Source: Dehalococcoidia bacterium
Lineage (GTDB): Bacteria > Chloroflexota > Dehalococcoidia > Lucifugimonadales > VXLM01
Length of the DNA stretch: 64,000 bases
Reading direction: 5' to 3'
NCBI GenBank assembly: GCA_963662435.1
Contig: OY759598.1
Span: 2,388,507 to 2,452,506, forward strand
Shown here: in pieces, positions 49,037-57,520 of the stretch
How positions within the stretch are numbered: the stretch's first letter is position 1
Layout of the letters: each line of letters begins with the position of its first letter
The notes under the pieces: model-generated
Told to the model about the DNA's origin: nothing
Seen by the model: the letters and a program-made list of their open reading frames with translations, nothing else
Database searches by the model: none
Position numbers and translations under genes: made by a program

Positions 49037-51103
49037 CTATTGCGTTTCCACTCCTTCGGGGGCTTGTTGGTAGCTTCCGAATTCCATCGAATTCGCCGCG
49101 CGGCCCTGCGTCAGCGACCGCATCGTATTTGCATAGCCGAACATCTCGCCGAGCGGCACGTTGGTGCGCACGACCTGGATGTCGCCCTGTCCCTCGATTC
49201 CCTTGATGTCCGCCCTGCGGCGGCCCAGGTCGGCGAGGATGTCGCCGAGGAATTCGCCCGGGGTCACAACCTCGAGGGTCATTACCGGCTCGAGCAGCAC
49301 GGGCCTTGCCTTCGCAATCGCGGCCTTTGCAGCCATTGAACCGGCCACCCGGAAAGCTATTTCCGACGAGTCGACCTCGTGCGCGGTGCCGTCGAGAAGG
49401 GTCGCCTTGATATCGACGACTGGGAATCCAGACAGCGAGCCTGCGCCGAGGGCATCCTGAATTCCCTTTGACACTGCAGGAATGAACTCGCGGGGAACGT
49501 TGCCGCCGCGAACCTTATCTTCAAATACAAAGCCCTCGCCGCGCCCAAGAGGCTCAACTTCCACCACGACGCGAGCGAACTGGCCGTGACCACCCGTCTG
49601 ACGAACGAGACGGCCCTCGGCCTCGGCGCTCCTCCTAATTGTCTCGCGATACGCGACACGCGGCCTACCGATGTTGCCCTCAACCTTGTACTCACGGCGT
49701 ATGCGGTCGACGATGATCTCGAGGTGCAACTCACCCATGCCGGACATGATGGTCTGGCCGAGCTCGTCATTATATGAGACCTTGAGGGTCGGGTCCTCAC
49801 CGGCGAGCTTGTTGAGCGCATCGGCGAGCTTGTCTTGATCGGCCCTTGTCTTGGGCTCCACGGCGATCGACATCACCGGGTCAGGGAACGTAATCGTTTC
49901 CAAGACTACGGGCGAACCTCCATCGCTGATGGTATCGCCTGTGGTCGCATTCTTCAGTCCGACTGCCGCGGAGATCTGCCCGGAGTGGACTTCCGGCACC
50001 TCTTCCCTGCGGTCGGCGTGCATCATGACGAGACGGCCAACTCGTTCATTACGACCTGAAGTCGAGTTGAATACCGACCCGCCCGATTCCACACTGCCTG
50101 AATAGACGCGGAAGTACACCAGTCTGCCAATGAAGGGGTCGGCGACTACCTTGAATACCAAGGCGGAGAAGGGATCGCCTTCACCCGGGTGTCGCATCAC
50201 CTCTTCGCCGGTTTTGTAACTGTTGGCCGTGGCAGGCGGTACGTCCACAGGGGAAGGCAGATAGTCGACAATTGCGTCGAGCAGCGGATGAACGCCCCGA
50301 TGGCGGAGCGCGCTGCCACAGAGTACCGGCATTATCGCGCTGTTCACGGTCGCCCGGCGCAACGCAGCCCTGATCTCATCGGCAGTGATTTCTTCACCTT
50401 CAAGATACTTGATTAGCATCGCGTCGTCCGTGTCGGCTACCTTCTCTATCAGTCGTTCACGGTAGTCTCGGACAGAGTCGATCATGTCGGCCGGAACGGG
50501 ACCCTCCGCAGGCGGCTCCGGCCCCTCGGTCTGATAGTAGTAGGCCTTCTCCTCGAGCAAATCGACCATTCCCTGGAAGGTGTCCTCAGCGCCGATGGGC
50601 AGCTGAATCGCCACGGGGTTTCCCTGGAGCCGCTGCGTGATGGAATCTATTGTGCGCTGGAAATCGGCTCCCACTCGGTCCATCTTATTGATGAAGCAGA
50701 TGCGCGGAACATGGTACTTGTCCGCCTGTCGCCAGACCGTCTCGGACTGAGGTTGAACGCCGGCGACGGCGTCGAATATCACAACTCCGCCGTCGAGAAT
50801 TCGCAGGCTTCGCTCGACCTCCGCCGTGAAGTCCACGTGTCCGGGAGTGTCGATAATGTTGATCGAGTGGTCGTTCCACTCGCAGGTCGTCGCAGCGGAC
50901 GTGATGGTAATGCCCCGCTCACGCTCCTGCGCCATCCAGTCCATCGACGTGGTGCCTTCATCTACGCCGCCGATCTTGTAGATGCGTCCGGCGAAGAAAA
51001 GTACACGCTCGGTGACCGTGGTCTTACCGGCGTCGATGTGGGCGATGAATCCGATATTTCGGATCATGTCCAAGCGGTGTCTTGTCATCGTTGCTGTTGC
51101 CAT
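49037..51103 (-). CDS. fusA: Elongation factor G
   Basis: [35 protein letters not shown]. Confidence 0.97.
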   Translation of the reverse strand: MATATMTRHRLDMIRNIGFIAHIDAGKTTVTERVLFFAGRIYKIGGVDEGTTSMDWMAQERERGITITSAATTCEWNDHSINIIDTPGHVDFTAEVERSLRILDGGVVIFDAVAGVQPQSETVWRQADKYHVPRICFINKMDRVGADFQRTIDSITQRLQGNPVAIQLPIGAEDTFQGMVDLLEEKAYYYQTEGPEPPAEGPVPADMIDSVRDYRERLIEKVADTDDAMLIKYLEGEEITADEIRAALRRATVNSAIMPVLCGSALRHRGVHPLLDAIVDYLPSPVDVPPATANSYKTGEEVMRHPGEGDPFSALVFKVVADPFIGRLVYFRVYSGSVESGGSVFNSTSGRNERVGRLVMMHADRREEVPEVHSGQISAAVGLKNATTGDTISDGGSPVVLETITFPDPVMSIAVEPKTRADQDKLADALNKLAGEDPTLKVSYNDELGQTIMSGMGELHLEIIVDRIRREYKVEGNIGRPRVAYRETIRRSAEAEGRLVRQTGGHGQFARVVVEVEPLGRGEGFVFEDKVRGGNVPREFIPAVSKGIQDALGAGSLSGFPVVDIKATLLDGTAHEVDSSEIAFRVAGSMAAKAAIAKARPVLLEPVMTLEVVTPGEFLGDILADLGRRRADIKGIEGQGDIQVVRTNVPLGEMFGYANTMRSLTQGRAANSMEFGSYQQAPEGVETQ

Positions 51104-51136
51104 AATGTGAGTGGTCGAATGTCGGATATCGAGGGC

Positions 51137-51607
51137 CTACCAGCGATAGTGCGCGAAGGCACGGTTCGCTTCTGCCATTCGATGTTGCTCTTCCTTCCTT
51201 CTTACCGAGTCGCCCTGACCCCTTGAGGCCTCGAGCAGTTCGTTTGCCAGTCTCTCCGCCATCGGACGGCCGCTGCGTGCGCGGGCAGTTTGGACGATCC
51301 AGCGCATGCTCAGTGCCTCGCGCCGCTCAGGTCGCACTTCACGCGGGACCTGGTACGTTGCGCCACCGACTCGGCGGGAGCGGACTTCGAGCGCGGGCGT
51401 CGCATTCACCAGGGCCTGACGGAAGATGTCGATGCCGGACCTGTTGGCCTGTCGCTCGGCTATGTCGAGCGCTTGGTAGACCACGCGTTGAGCGACGGTC
51501 TTCTTTCCGCCGATCATCACCTTGTTGATGAACCGTGCGAGCTCCACGCTCCGAAACTTCGGATCAGGGAGCACCCTGCGCCTTTCCGCTCGTCTCCGTC
51601 GTGCCAT
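51137..51607 (-). CDS. rpsG: 30S ribosomal protein S7
   Basis: RRVGGATYQVP, MAEANRAFAHYRW. Confidence 0.97.
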   Translation of the reverse strand: MARRRRAERRRVLPDPKFRSVELARFINKVMIGGKKTVAQRVVYQALDIAERQANRSGIDIFRQALVNATPALEVRSRRVGGATYQVPREVRPERREALSMRWIVQTARARSGRPMAERLANELLEASRGQGDSVRRKEEQHRMAEANRAFAHYRW

Positions 51608-51670
51608 ATCAATCCTTCCAAAACAAAAAGCAACCCCGTATCTTCCGACTACGAGGTTACTCCGAGTGTT

Positions 51671-52084
51671 CTAGCTATTCCGTTTACTGCCGTACTTGCT
51701 TCGTCCTCGCCTGCGATCCTCGACTCCCGCCGCGTCCAAGGCTCCGCGAATGACCTGGTAGCGTACGCCCGGAAGGTCCCTTACCCTGCCGCCTCGAATG
51801 AGGACGAGCGAGTGCTCCTGGAGATTGTGGCCTTCGCCCGGAATGTAGGCGGTAACTTCCATCCCGTTGGTGAGTCGCACCCTGGCGACCTTGCGAAGGG
51901 CCGAGTTCGGCTTTCTGGGAGTCTGGGTACGCACCTGAACGCAGACACCCCGCTTCTGGGGGGAGCCTGTGCCTCGGGTGCCCCGGTTCTTTAGCGAATT
52001 GAAGGAGAAGCCGAGAGCGGGAGACTTTTCCTTGCTCCGCTTCGTCTTTCGTCCCTTGCGAACAAGTTGATTCGTTGTCGGCAT
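51671..52084 (-). CDS. rpsL: 30S ribosomal protein S12
   Basis: [40 protein letters not shown]. Confidence 0.97.
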   Translation of the reverse strand: MPTTNQLVRKGRKTKRSKEKSPALGFSFNSLKNRGTRGTGSPQKRGVCVQVRTQTPRKPNSALRKVARVRLTNGMEVTAYIPGEGHNLQEHSLVLIRGGRVRDLPGVRYQVIRGALDAAGVEDRRRGRSKYGSKRNS

Positions 52085-52164
52085 GTTACGTCCTAGGTTT
52101 CCGAAGTTCTACGGGCCGTTTTTCGACACACGCTAACCCGCTACGCGAGAACGCGCAAAACGGC

Positions 52165-52193
52165 ATTATATCCGCAAGGGGTACCTGTGTCAA
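52165..52193 (-). promoter_or_regulatory. Consensus sigma70 promoter of the str-S10-spc-alpha superoperon
   Basis: Exact TTGACA-N17-TATAAT on the minus strand, ~80 bp upstream of rpsL. Confidence 0.88.
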
Positions 52194-52245
52194 TAAGCAT
52201 TCACCGCATACCTGACGCTTTCACGCCCCTCTGCGGCGAGTCCGG

Positions 52246-52635
52246 TTACGCTGTCGAAGGCGTAGGAGAGCCCTGTCCTCGACTCGCGGCGATCGTCAGC
52301 GAGTAAACGAGCCCGACAACGGGGATGATCGAGAATATGAGCGGGAGGGGCCAGTCCCCCTTCATCACTTCGGTGGCGATGAGCAGGGCAAGTGTCACAT
52401 CGGCGACGATGTTGCACGCGAGCAGAGCCGCCACAACATACGCTATTACAGAAGCGGGCCTCGGCAGCACTGCCAGCACGAGCAGCGCAACAGCACAGAG
52501 AGGATGCAAGGCGACCAGCACGAGGCGTGACCAGATGTCCCCTGCGTCCGCAAACGCTCCCACCATCGCGGTGAAGACTGACAGTAGCACCTGAACTACG
52601 GCGAGAACGAGCAGTATGATTCGGAAGACTCCCAT
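52246..52635 (-). CDS. Hypothetical four-TM membrane protein
   Basis: 129 aa with four hydrophobic segments; fills the gap between the promoter and a REP. Confidence 0.6.
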   Translation of the reverse strand: MGVFRIILLVLAVVQVLLSVFTAMVGAFADAGDIWSRLVLVALHPLCAVALLVLAVLPRPASVIAYVVAALLACNIVADVTLALLIATEVMKGDWPLPLIFSIIPVVGLVYSLTIAASRGQGSPTPSTA

Positions 52636-52727
52636 GTAGGTAAGATTAGGTGCCGGTGCAGGGCGAGGTCAAGTTTCTATCCGGCACATAGCTATTCGCT
52701 GCCGGCATTACCCCGAAAATAACCTCG

Positions 52728-52757
52728 CGTAGGGGCGATTCGCGAATCGTCCCTACG
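52728..52757. repeat. GTAG-family REP-like palindrome
   Basis: CGTAGGGGCGATT-CGCG-AATCGTCCCTACG. Confidence 0.65.
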
Positions 52758-52834
52758 GTTTTCATGATTGGTGGAGTCGGTGGCATCCGACAAGAGGGAC
52801 GACTTGCCGCACTCCAGGACTAGCGAACTGCAAC

Positions 52835-54220
52835 TCAACAGTAGGATGGCATGTCGGGAAAGTGGAGATCGCTATCCGGCACCTCGCCCAGTTTCGCTGG
52901 GATGCACCCACTCCACTGGTTCCCGAATAGCATCAGAGTGTTCAGGTTGGAGAGGTTGCCCAACTCCGTCGGTATCTCCCCAGCTAAATGGTTGTAGTTA
53001 AGTTCCAGTGTAATCAGGTTGGCGAGACTGCCCAGAACCGTTGGTACCTCTCCGGTCAACCGGTTGGCCATAAGAGTCAAAATCCGCAAGTTGGAGAGGT
53101 TGCCTAGTTCTTTCGGTATCTCTCCAGCCAACTGGTTAATCTTGATGACCAGAGTTTCCAGGTTGGAGAGGCTGCCCAACTCCATCGGTATCTCCCCAGT
53201 CAACTGGTTGGAACCGAGTAACAGAACTTCCAAGTTTCCGAGGTCACCCAGTTCTGTCGGTATCTCGCCAGAAAGCTTGTTGTTACCAAGTTCCAGCCTC
53301 TGCAGGTTGGAGAGGCTACCTAGTTCTGCCGGTATCTCGCCGGAAAGTTTGTTGTTGCCAAGTTCCAGCCATTGAACGCTGGAGAGGCTGCCCAACTCCG
53401 CTGGCAGCTCCCCGGTCAGCTCATTCCCATCGAGCAAGAGTCCATTGACCCGTCCGCTCGCATCGTTTGTGACTCCGTACCACTCCCTGATTGGTCGTTC
53501 GGTCAGCCAATTGGCGTTATTCGTCCAGTTCTCCCCGTTCAAGGCGTTGTATAGCTCCACCAACACCTCACGGTCCTCTATGGAGTCCTCCCCTGCGCAA
53601 CTGCTGCCACGTACTTTGGATATCCCACTCAACCACGTCTGAAATGCCTCATCTATGGGGGCGCATAGACCCGAGTTGTTGTGGAAGTAAAACGCTTCCA
53701 GCCCGGATATTCCCGTTAGACTCTGCGGAAGCGCTCCGGTCAAGTTGTTGTCGCTGATATAGAGCAGTTCCAGGTGAGAGAGGCTACCCAGTTCCGCCGG
53801 TATCTCCCCCTTCAATTGGTTTGCACTGAGGTCCAAATCAGTGACTCGGCCCTCCTCGTCGGTCGTCACACGTAGCCATCTGCCAAGAGCGCCGTAGCCA
53901 AGCCAACCGCTGCTTATCTTCCAGTCTGGTCCTCCGGCGGCCTCGTAGAGGGCCGTCAGCGCCGCTCGCTCAGGGTCGTCGGGTGTGCCCGTCGGCACGG
54001 TCTCGGTTGGGATCGCGGTCGGCGTTACGGGTGCCGACGCGGTGCGGGCGGATTCCACCGGCGTGGGGGTTGCCTCTACCCTTGTGGGCGAGACTGTTGG
54101 CGAATCGCCGACCGTGCTGCAGGCTGTAAGGGAGAACAGTAGCATCAAAGCTAGGACGCCGGATGTGAGGAGATGTGGTTCAGTTAACTGGAATCTACGC
54201 ATTTGATTTTTCCTTTCCAC
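52835..54220 (-). CDS. Plant-type LRR lipoprotein (two capped LRR blocks)
   Basis: Hydrophobic signal ending LTA|C, Thr/Pro linker, block 1 with ~2.5 LRRs and a cap, block 2 with 8 LRRs and a GCIP...C C-cap. Confidence 0.88.
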   Translation of the reverse strand: MERKNQMRRFQLTEPHLLTSGVLALMLLFSLTACSTVGDSPTVSPTRVEATPTPVESARTASAPVTPTAIPTETVPTGTPDDPERAALTALYEAAGGPDWKISSGWLGYGALGRWLRVTTDEEGRVTDLDLSANQLKGEIPAELGSLSHLELLYISDNNLTGALPQSLTGISGLEAFYFHNNSGLCAPIDEAFQTWLSGISKVRGSSCAGEDSIEDREVLVELYNALNGENWTNNANWLTERPIREWYGVTNDASGRVNGLLLDGNELTGELPAELGSLSSVQWLELGNNKLSGEIPAELGSLSNLQRLELGNNKLSGEIPTELGDLGNLEVLLLGSNQLTGEIPMELGSLSNLETLVIKINQLAGEIPKELGNLSNLRILTLMANRLTGEVPTVLGSLANLITLELNYNHLAGEIPTELGNLSNLNTLMLFGNQWSGCIPAKLGEVPDSDLHFPDMPSYC

Positions 54221-54288
54221 TTACCATTCACCGATCTCCCAAACGCCCTGAGAGATTCGGTGCCGGCATTGCTTGCGAGACGCTGAGA

Positions 54289-55824
54289 CTACTGGTCTGA
54301 AACTTGACAGTAGGGTGGCATATCGGGAAAGTGGAGATCGCTATTCGGAACGTCGCGCAGTTTCACCGGGATGCACCCACCCAATTGGTTTTCGGATAGC
54401 GACAACCTACCCAAGTTGGAAAGGTTGCCAAATTCCTCTGGTATCTCCCCAGTCAACGAGTTGTAGCCGAGCAACAGAGTTTCCAACTTAGAGAGGTTGC
54501 CCAACTCTGTTGGAATATCCCCCGATAAACGGTTGGCGCTGAGAGCCAGAAGCTCCAAATTGGAGAGGCTGCCCAGTTCCGTCGGTATGTCCCCTGTTAG
54601 CTGGTTGACGTCGAGGGTCAAAACCTTCAAGTTGGTGAGACTGGCCAACTCTGTTGGTATCTCCCCAGTCAGCCGGTTGGAACTGAGGACCAGAGCTTCC
54701 AAGTTGGAGAGTTGAGCAAGCTCCGTAGGTATCTCTCCACCCAACCTGTTGGAATGGAGGAGCAGAGTCTCCAAGTTTCCGAGGTTACCCAACTCTGTCG
54801 GTATCTCGCCAGTTAGCTTGTTGTTGCCAAATTCCAGCCTTTTCAGGTTGGTGAGGCTGCCCAGTCCCGTAGGCATCTCCCCGGTCATCCCGTTCCATTC
54901 GAGCACCAGCCCATCCACGCGTCCGCTCGCATCGTTTGTGACTCCGTACCACTCCCTGATTGGCCGTTCGGTCTGCCAATTGGTGTTGTTCGTCCAACTC
55001 CCTCCATCCAGGGCGTCGTATAGCTCCACCAGCACCTCACGGTCCTCCAGTGAGTCCTCTGGCGCGCAGCTGCTGCCGCGGACTTCGTCGATTCCCTGCA
55101 GCCATGTCTGAAACGCCTCATCAATTGGGGCGCATAGACCCGAGTTGTTGTGGAAGTGGAAGGATTCCAGCCCGAATATTCCCGTTAGACTGTTGGGAAG
55201 CACTCCTATCAGGTTGTTGTCGCTGATGTACAACAGCTTAAGGTTGGGGAGGTTTCCCAACTCAGTCGGTATATCCCCATTCAGCTGGTTTGCAGCGAGG
55301 TCCAAATCAGTGATCCTGCCGCTCTCGTCGGTAGCTACGCGCTGCCATTGGTCGAGGGGGCCGTTGCTGAGCCAGCCGTCACTTGTCTTCCAATCTTCCC
55401 CACCGGTGGCGTCGTAAAGGACAGTCAGTGCCGTTCGCTCCCTGTCGCGGATGGTAGACGGCAGAGTCGCGGCCACAGTCGGGACCGTGGTTGCAGCAAC
55501 GGTAGGAACGGACACCACCGGCGTGGCGGTGACTTCCGGTTGGGATGCGGGAGCCGCCACTTGGCGATTTGACAGGGTGAGCACTGCCAGTGCGAATCCA
55601 AGGACCGCAAACGTAGCGGCAATGAGGAGAATTCCCACCGCCGTCCAGGCACGTGAGAAGCCCAGCGACAGAATGCCCGGCCTCGACATGGTCCTCGCAG
55701 TTGCGGAGAGGCGTGCGGCACGTTCTATCTCGGGCCACAGGTCGTGTCCGTCAGCAACGGCGAACTCTGCAAGATCGTTCAGCCGTTCCCTGGTGAGGTA
55801 TTGGTTGATTGGTTGGGCATTCAT
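54289..55824 (-). CDS. Single-pass membrane protein with extracytoplasmic LRR domains; putative anti-sigma factor
   Basis: ~55-aa soluble N-terminus (DLWPEI), one TM helix (AWTAVGILLIAATFAVLGFALAVLTL), Thr/Pro/Val linker, and the same two-block LRR as 52835-54220; starts 23 bp after the ECF sigma stop. Confidence 0.8.
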   Translation of the reverse strand: MNAQPINQYLTRERLNDLAEFAVADGHDLWPEIERAARLSATARTMSRPGILSLGFSRAWTAVGILLIAATFAVLGFALAVLTLSNRQVAAPASQPEVTATPVVSVPTVAATTVPTVAATLPSTIRDRERTALTVLYDATGGEDWKTSDGWLSNGPLDQWQRVATDESGRITDLDLAANQLNGDIPTELGNLPNLKLLYISDNNLIGVLPNSLTGIFGLESFHFHNNSGLCAPIDEAFQTWLQGIDEVRGSSCAPEDSLEDREVLVELYDALDGGSWTNNTNWQTERPIREWYGVTNDASGRVDGLVLEWNGMTGEMPTGLGSLTNLKRLEFGNNKLTGEIPTELGNLGNLETLLLHSNRLGGEIPTELAQLSNLEALVLSSNRLTGEIPTELASLTNLKVLTLDVNQLTGDIPTELGSLSNLELLALSANRLSGDIPTELGNLSKLETLLLGYNSLTGEIPEEFGNLSNLGRLSLSENQLGGCIPVKLRDVPNSDLHFPDMPPYCQVSDQ

Positions 55825-55847
55825 GTCACTCTTCTCCAACTACCTCT

Positions 55848-56393
55848 TCACTTCCCACGAGTGGTCGCATCGAGCAGCTGCTCCAGCCGTGCTCGCGCGT
55901 CGTGGAGATGCCGCTTGACTGTTCCCCGCGACCGTCCGGTACGTTCGACCATCTCAGCCTCGGACATATCAAGGAAGTACCTCATGACGACGGCTCCTCG
56001 CTGGGACGGAGAGAGCCTCTCCAGGGCGCCGCGTACCGCCATTCGTTCTTCGTTCAGGACTGCGGCCGACTCCGGGTCGGTCGAGGCCACAGATATTCGA
56101 GTCGTTTCCGGGTGCTCTAGAGTGGTCGTCCGGTCGCGGCGTTGTACGGAATTGATGGCGTCGTTGACAACGATTCTGTAGAACCAGGGCCCGAATGGTC
56201 GGTGAGGGTCGTATTGTTCTGCTCGCTCGAAAACGCGAAGAAATGCGCTGCTCACGACATCCTCAGCCATTGCGACATCGTGGGTTACCAGGTACGCAGC
56301 CCGCAGCGCCCTGGTCTGGTAACGCTTGACCAGCGTGCCCAGGGCGCCAATATCGCCCCGTCTCAGCCGTTCCATCTGTCGTTGGTCGCTCAC
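55848..56393 (-). CDS. ECF-family RNA polymerase sigma factor
   Basis: Region 2 AEDVVSSAFLRV...FGPWFYRIVVN; region 4 LSPSQR.AVVMRY..MSEAE...GTVKRHLHDAR; 181 aa. Confidence 0.92.
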   Translation of the reverse strand: MSDQRQMERLRRGDIGALGTLVKRYQTRALRAAYLVTHDVAMAEDVVSSAFLRVFERAEQYDPHRPFGPWFYRIVVNDAINSVQRRDRTTTLEHPETTRISVASTDPESAAVLNEERMAVRGALERLSPSQRGAVVMRYFLDMSEAEMVERTGRSRGTVKRHLHDARARLEQLLDATTRGK

Positions 56394-56428
56394 TTCGCGA
56401 GCCTCGCTCTTTCAGGCACTGTCACATA

Positions 56429-56457
56429 TAGTACAAACGAGACGGCCAAAAGGTTGA
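56429..56457 (-). promoter_or_regulatory. Candidate ECF-type (autoregulatory) promoter
   Basis: TCAACC-N17-GTACTA ~35 bp upstream of the sigma start; the AAC -35 core is typical of ECF promoters. Confidence 0.4.
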
Positions 56458-56706
56458 GGTCAAATATCGCCGGGTCGGACACGCCCATTTCAGTGGGCAA
56501 CATGTCGGGCGTCATTCGATATCCGTCTACCTGAGGTAGTTGTGTACCGGGCTGGGTGATTTCTCCTTGGGCTAACCGGAGGAATGTGGGAATGAAGCCC
56601 GACTTGATCGGACTACCATGCCGAACGTCATCCTATTGAGGAGTCGCACTCGCGGGAGTATTCTATCTGAGCGAACTCAGACCACGGATTCGAGGGAGAG
56701 ACCGCA

Positions 56707-57501
56707 GTGACCACCCCGGACATCCAAAAATACCTATTCGACTTGTACGGATCCCTCGTCATTGAGGACGTGTTGACAGCAGATGAGGTCGCGGAGCTGA
56801 ACCGTCTCATCGACGAGAACGGCCACACGTCCACTGAGGAAGTCTCAGGCACGCTGCCCGGAGGCGGCGCGGGAGAAGAGGGCGCCGGGTTCCTGGAGTG
56901 GGGACAGGCGTTCACGAAGGTGCTCGATCACCCGAAGGTCATGCCCGTGCTCCGGATGATCATGGGGGACGGGTTCCGCATCGACCATTTCTGGGGCGCG
57001 TGGGCCAATGCCGGGGCGAAGGCGCTCCACATGCACGGTGGAGTCGTGCCATTCGTGCAGACCGACTACTACTACGTGCGCGACGGGAAGATCCGCAGCG
57101 GGCTCACCAACATGGCGTGGAACCTGACCGACTCGGGCGGCGACCTCGGAGGCTTCATGGCGCTGCCGGGAAGCCACAAATCGAACTTTCAAGTGCCGCC
57201 TGAGATCAAGGAGGCCAGCGAGGGCTATGGCATCACCGTGCCCGAGGTGAAGGCGGGTTCCGTCTCGATTTTCACGGAGGCGCTCCTCCACGGGACCGCG
57301 CCATGGCGCGGAAGTCACCAGCGTCGCACGCTATTCTTCAGCATGGGGCCATCGCACCAGGCGTACTCATGGCACCAAGCCGTTCCTCCAACAACCGTCA
57401 AGCTGACCGAGCGACAGAGGTTGCTGTTCAGCAGGCCGTCAGCCCCACATTCCTTCGGCCGACCGTCACTCTTCGAACCGGAACTGGAGCAGGGAAGCTA
57501 G
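56707..57501 (+). CDS. Phytanoyl-CoA dioxygenase (PhyH) family Fe/2-oxoglutarate oxygenase
   Basis: FDLYG.LVI..VL, GGFMALPGSHKSN, AGSVSIFTEALLHGT.PW....RR. Confidence 0.85.
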   Translation: MTTPDIQKYLFDLYGSLVIEDVLTADEVAELNRLIDENGHTSTEEVSGTLPGGGAGEEGAGFLEWGQAFTKVLDHPKVMPVLRMIMGDGFRIDHFWGAWANAGAKALHMHGGVVPFVQTDYYYVRDGKIRSGLTNMAWNLTDSGGDLGGFMALPGSHKSNFQVPPEIKEASEGYGITVPEVKAGSVSIFTEALLHGTAPWRGSHQRRTLFFSMGPSHQAYSWHQAVPPTTVKLTERQRLLFSRPSAPHSFGRPSLFEPELEQGS

Positions 57502-57520
57502 TTGAAAGGTGAATAGAGCA

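Noticed and set aside
30946..52000. Many long plus-strand ORFs antisense to ribosomal genes (e.g. 44837..45946, 32467..33408, 39639..40565)
   Set aside because: Expected antisense shadows in GC-rich, codon-biased genes; no recognisable motifs.
52900..54900. 72-bp periodic repeats as a CRISPR array or DGR
   Set aside because: They are in-frame LRR-coding repeats with synonymous variation; there are no spacers, cas genes or reverse transcriptase.
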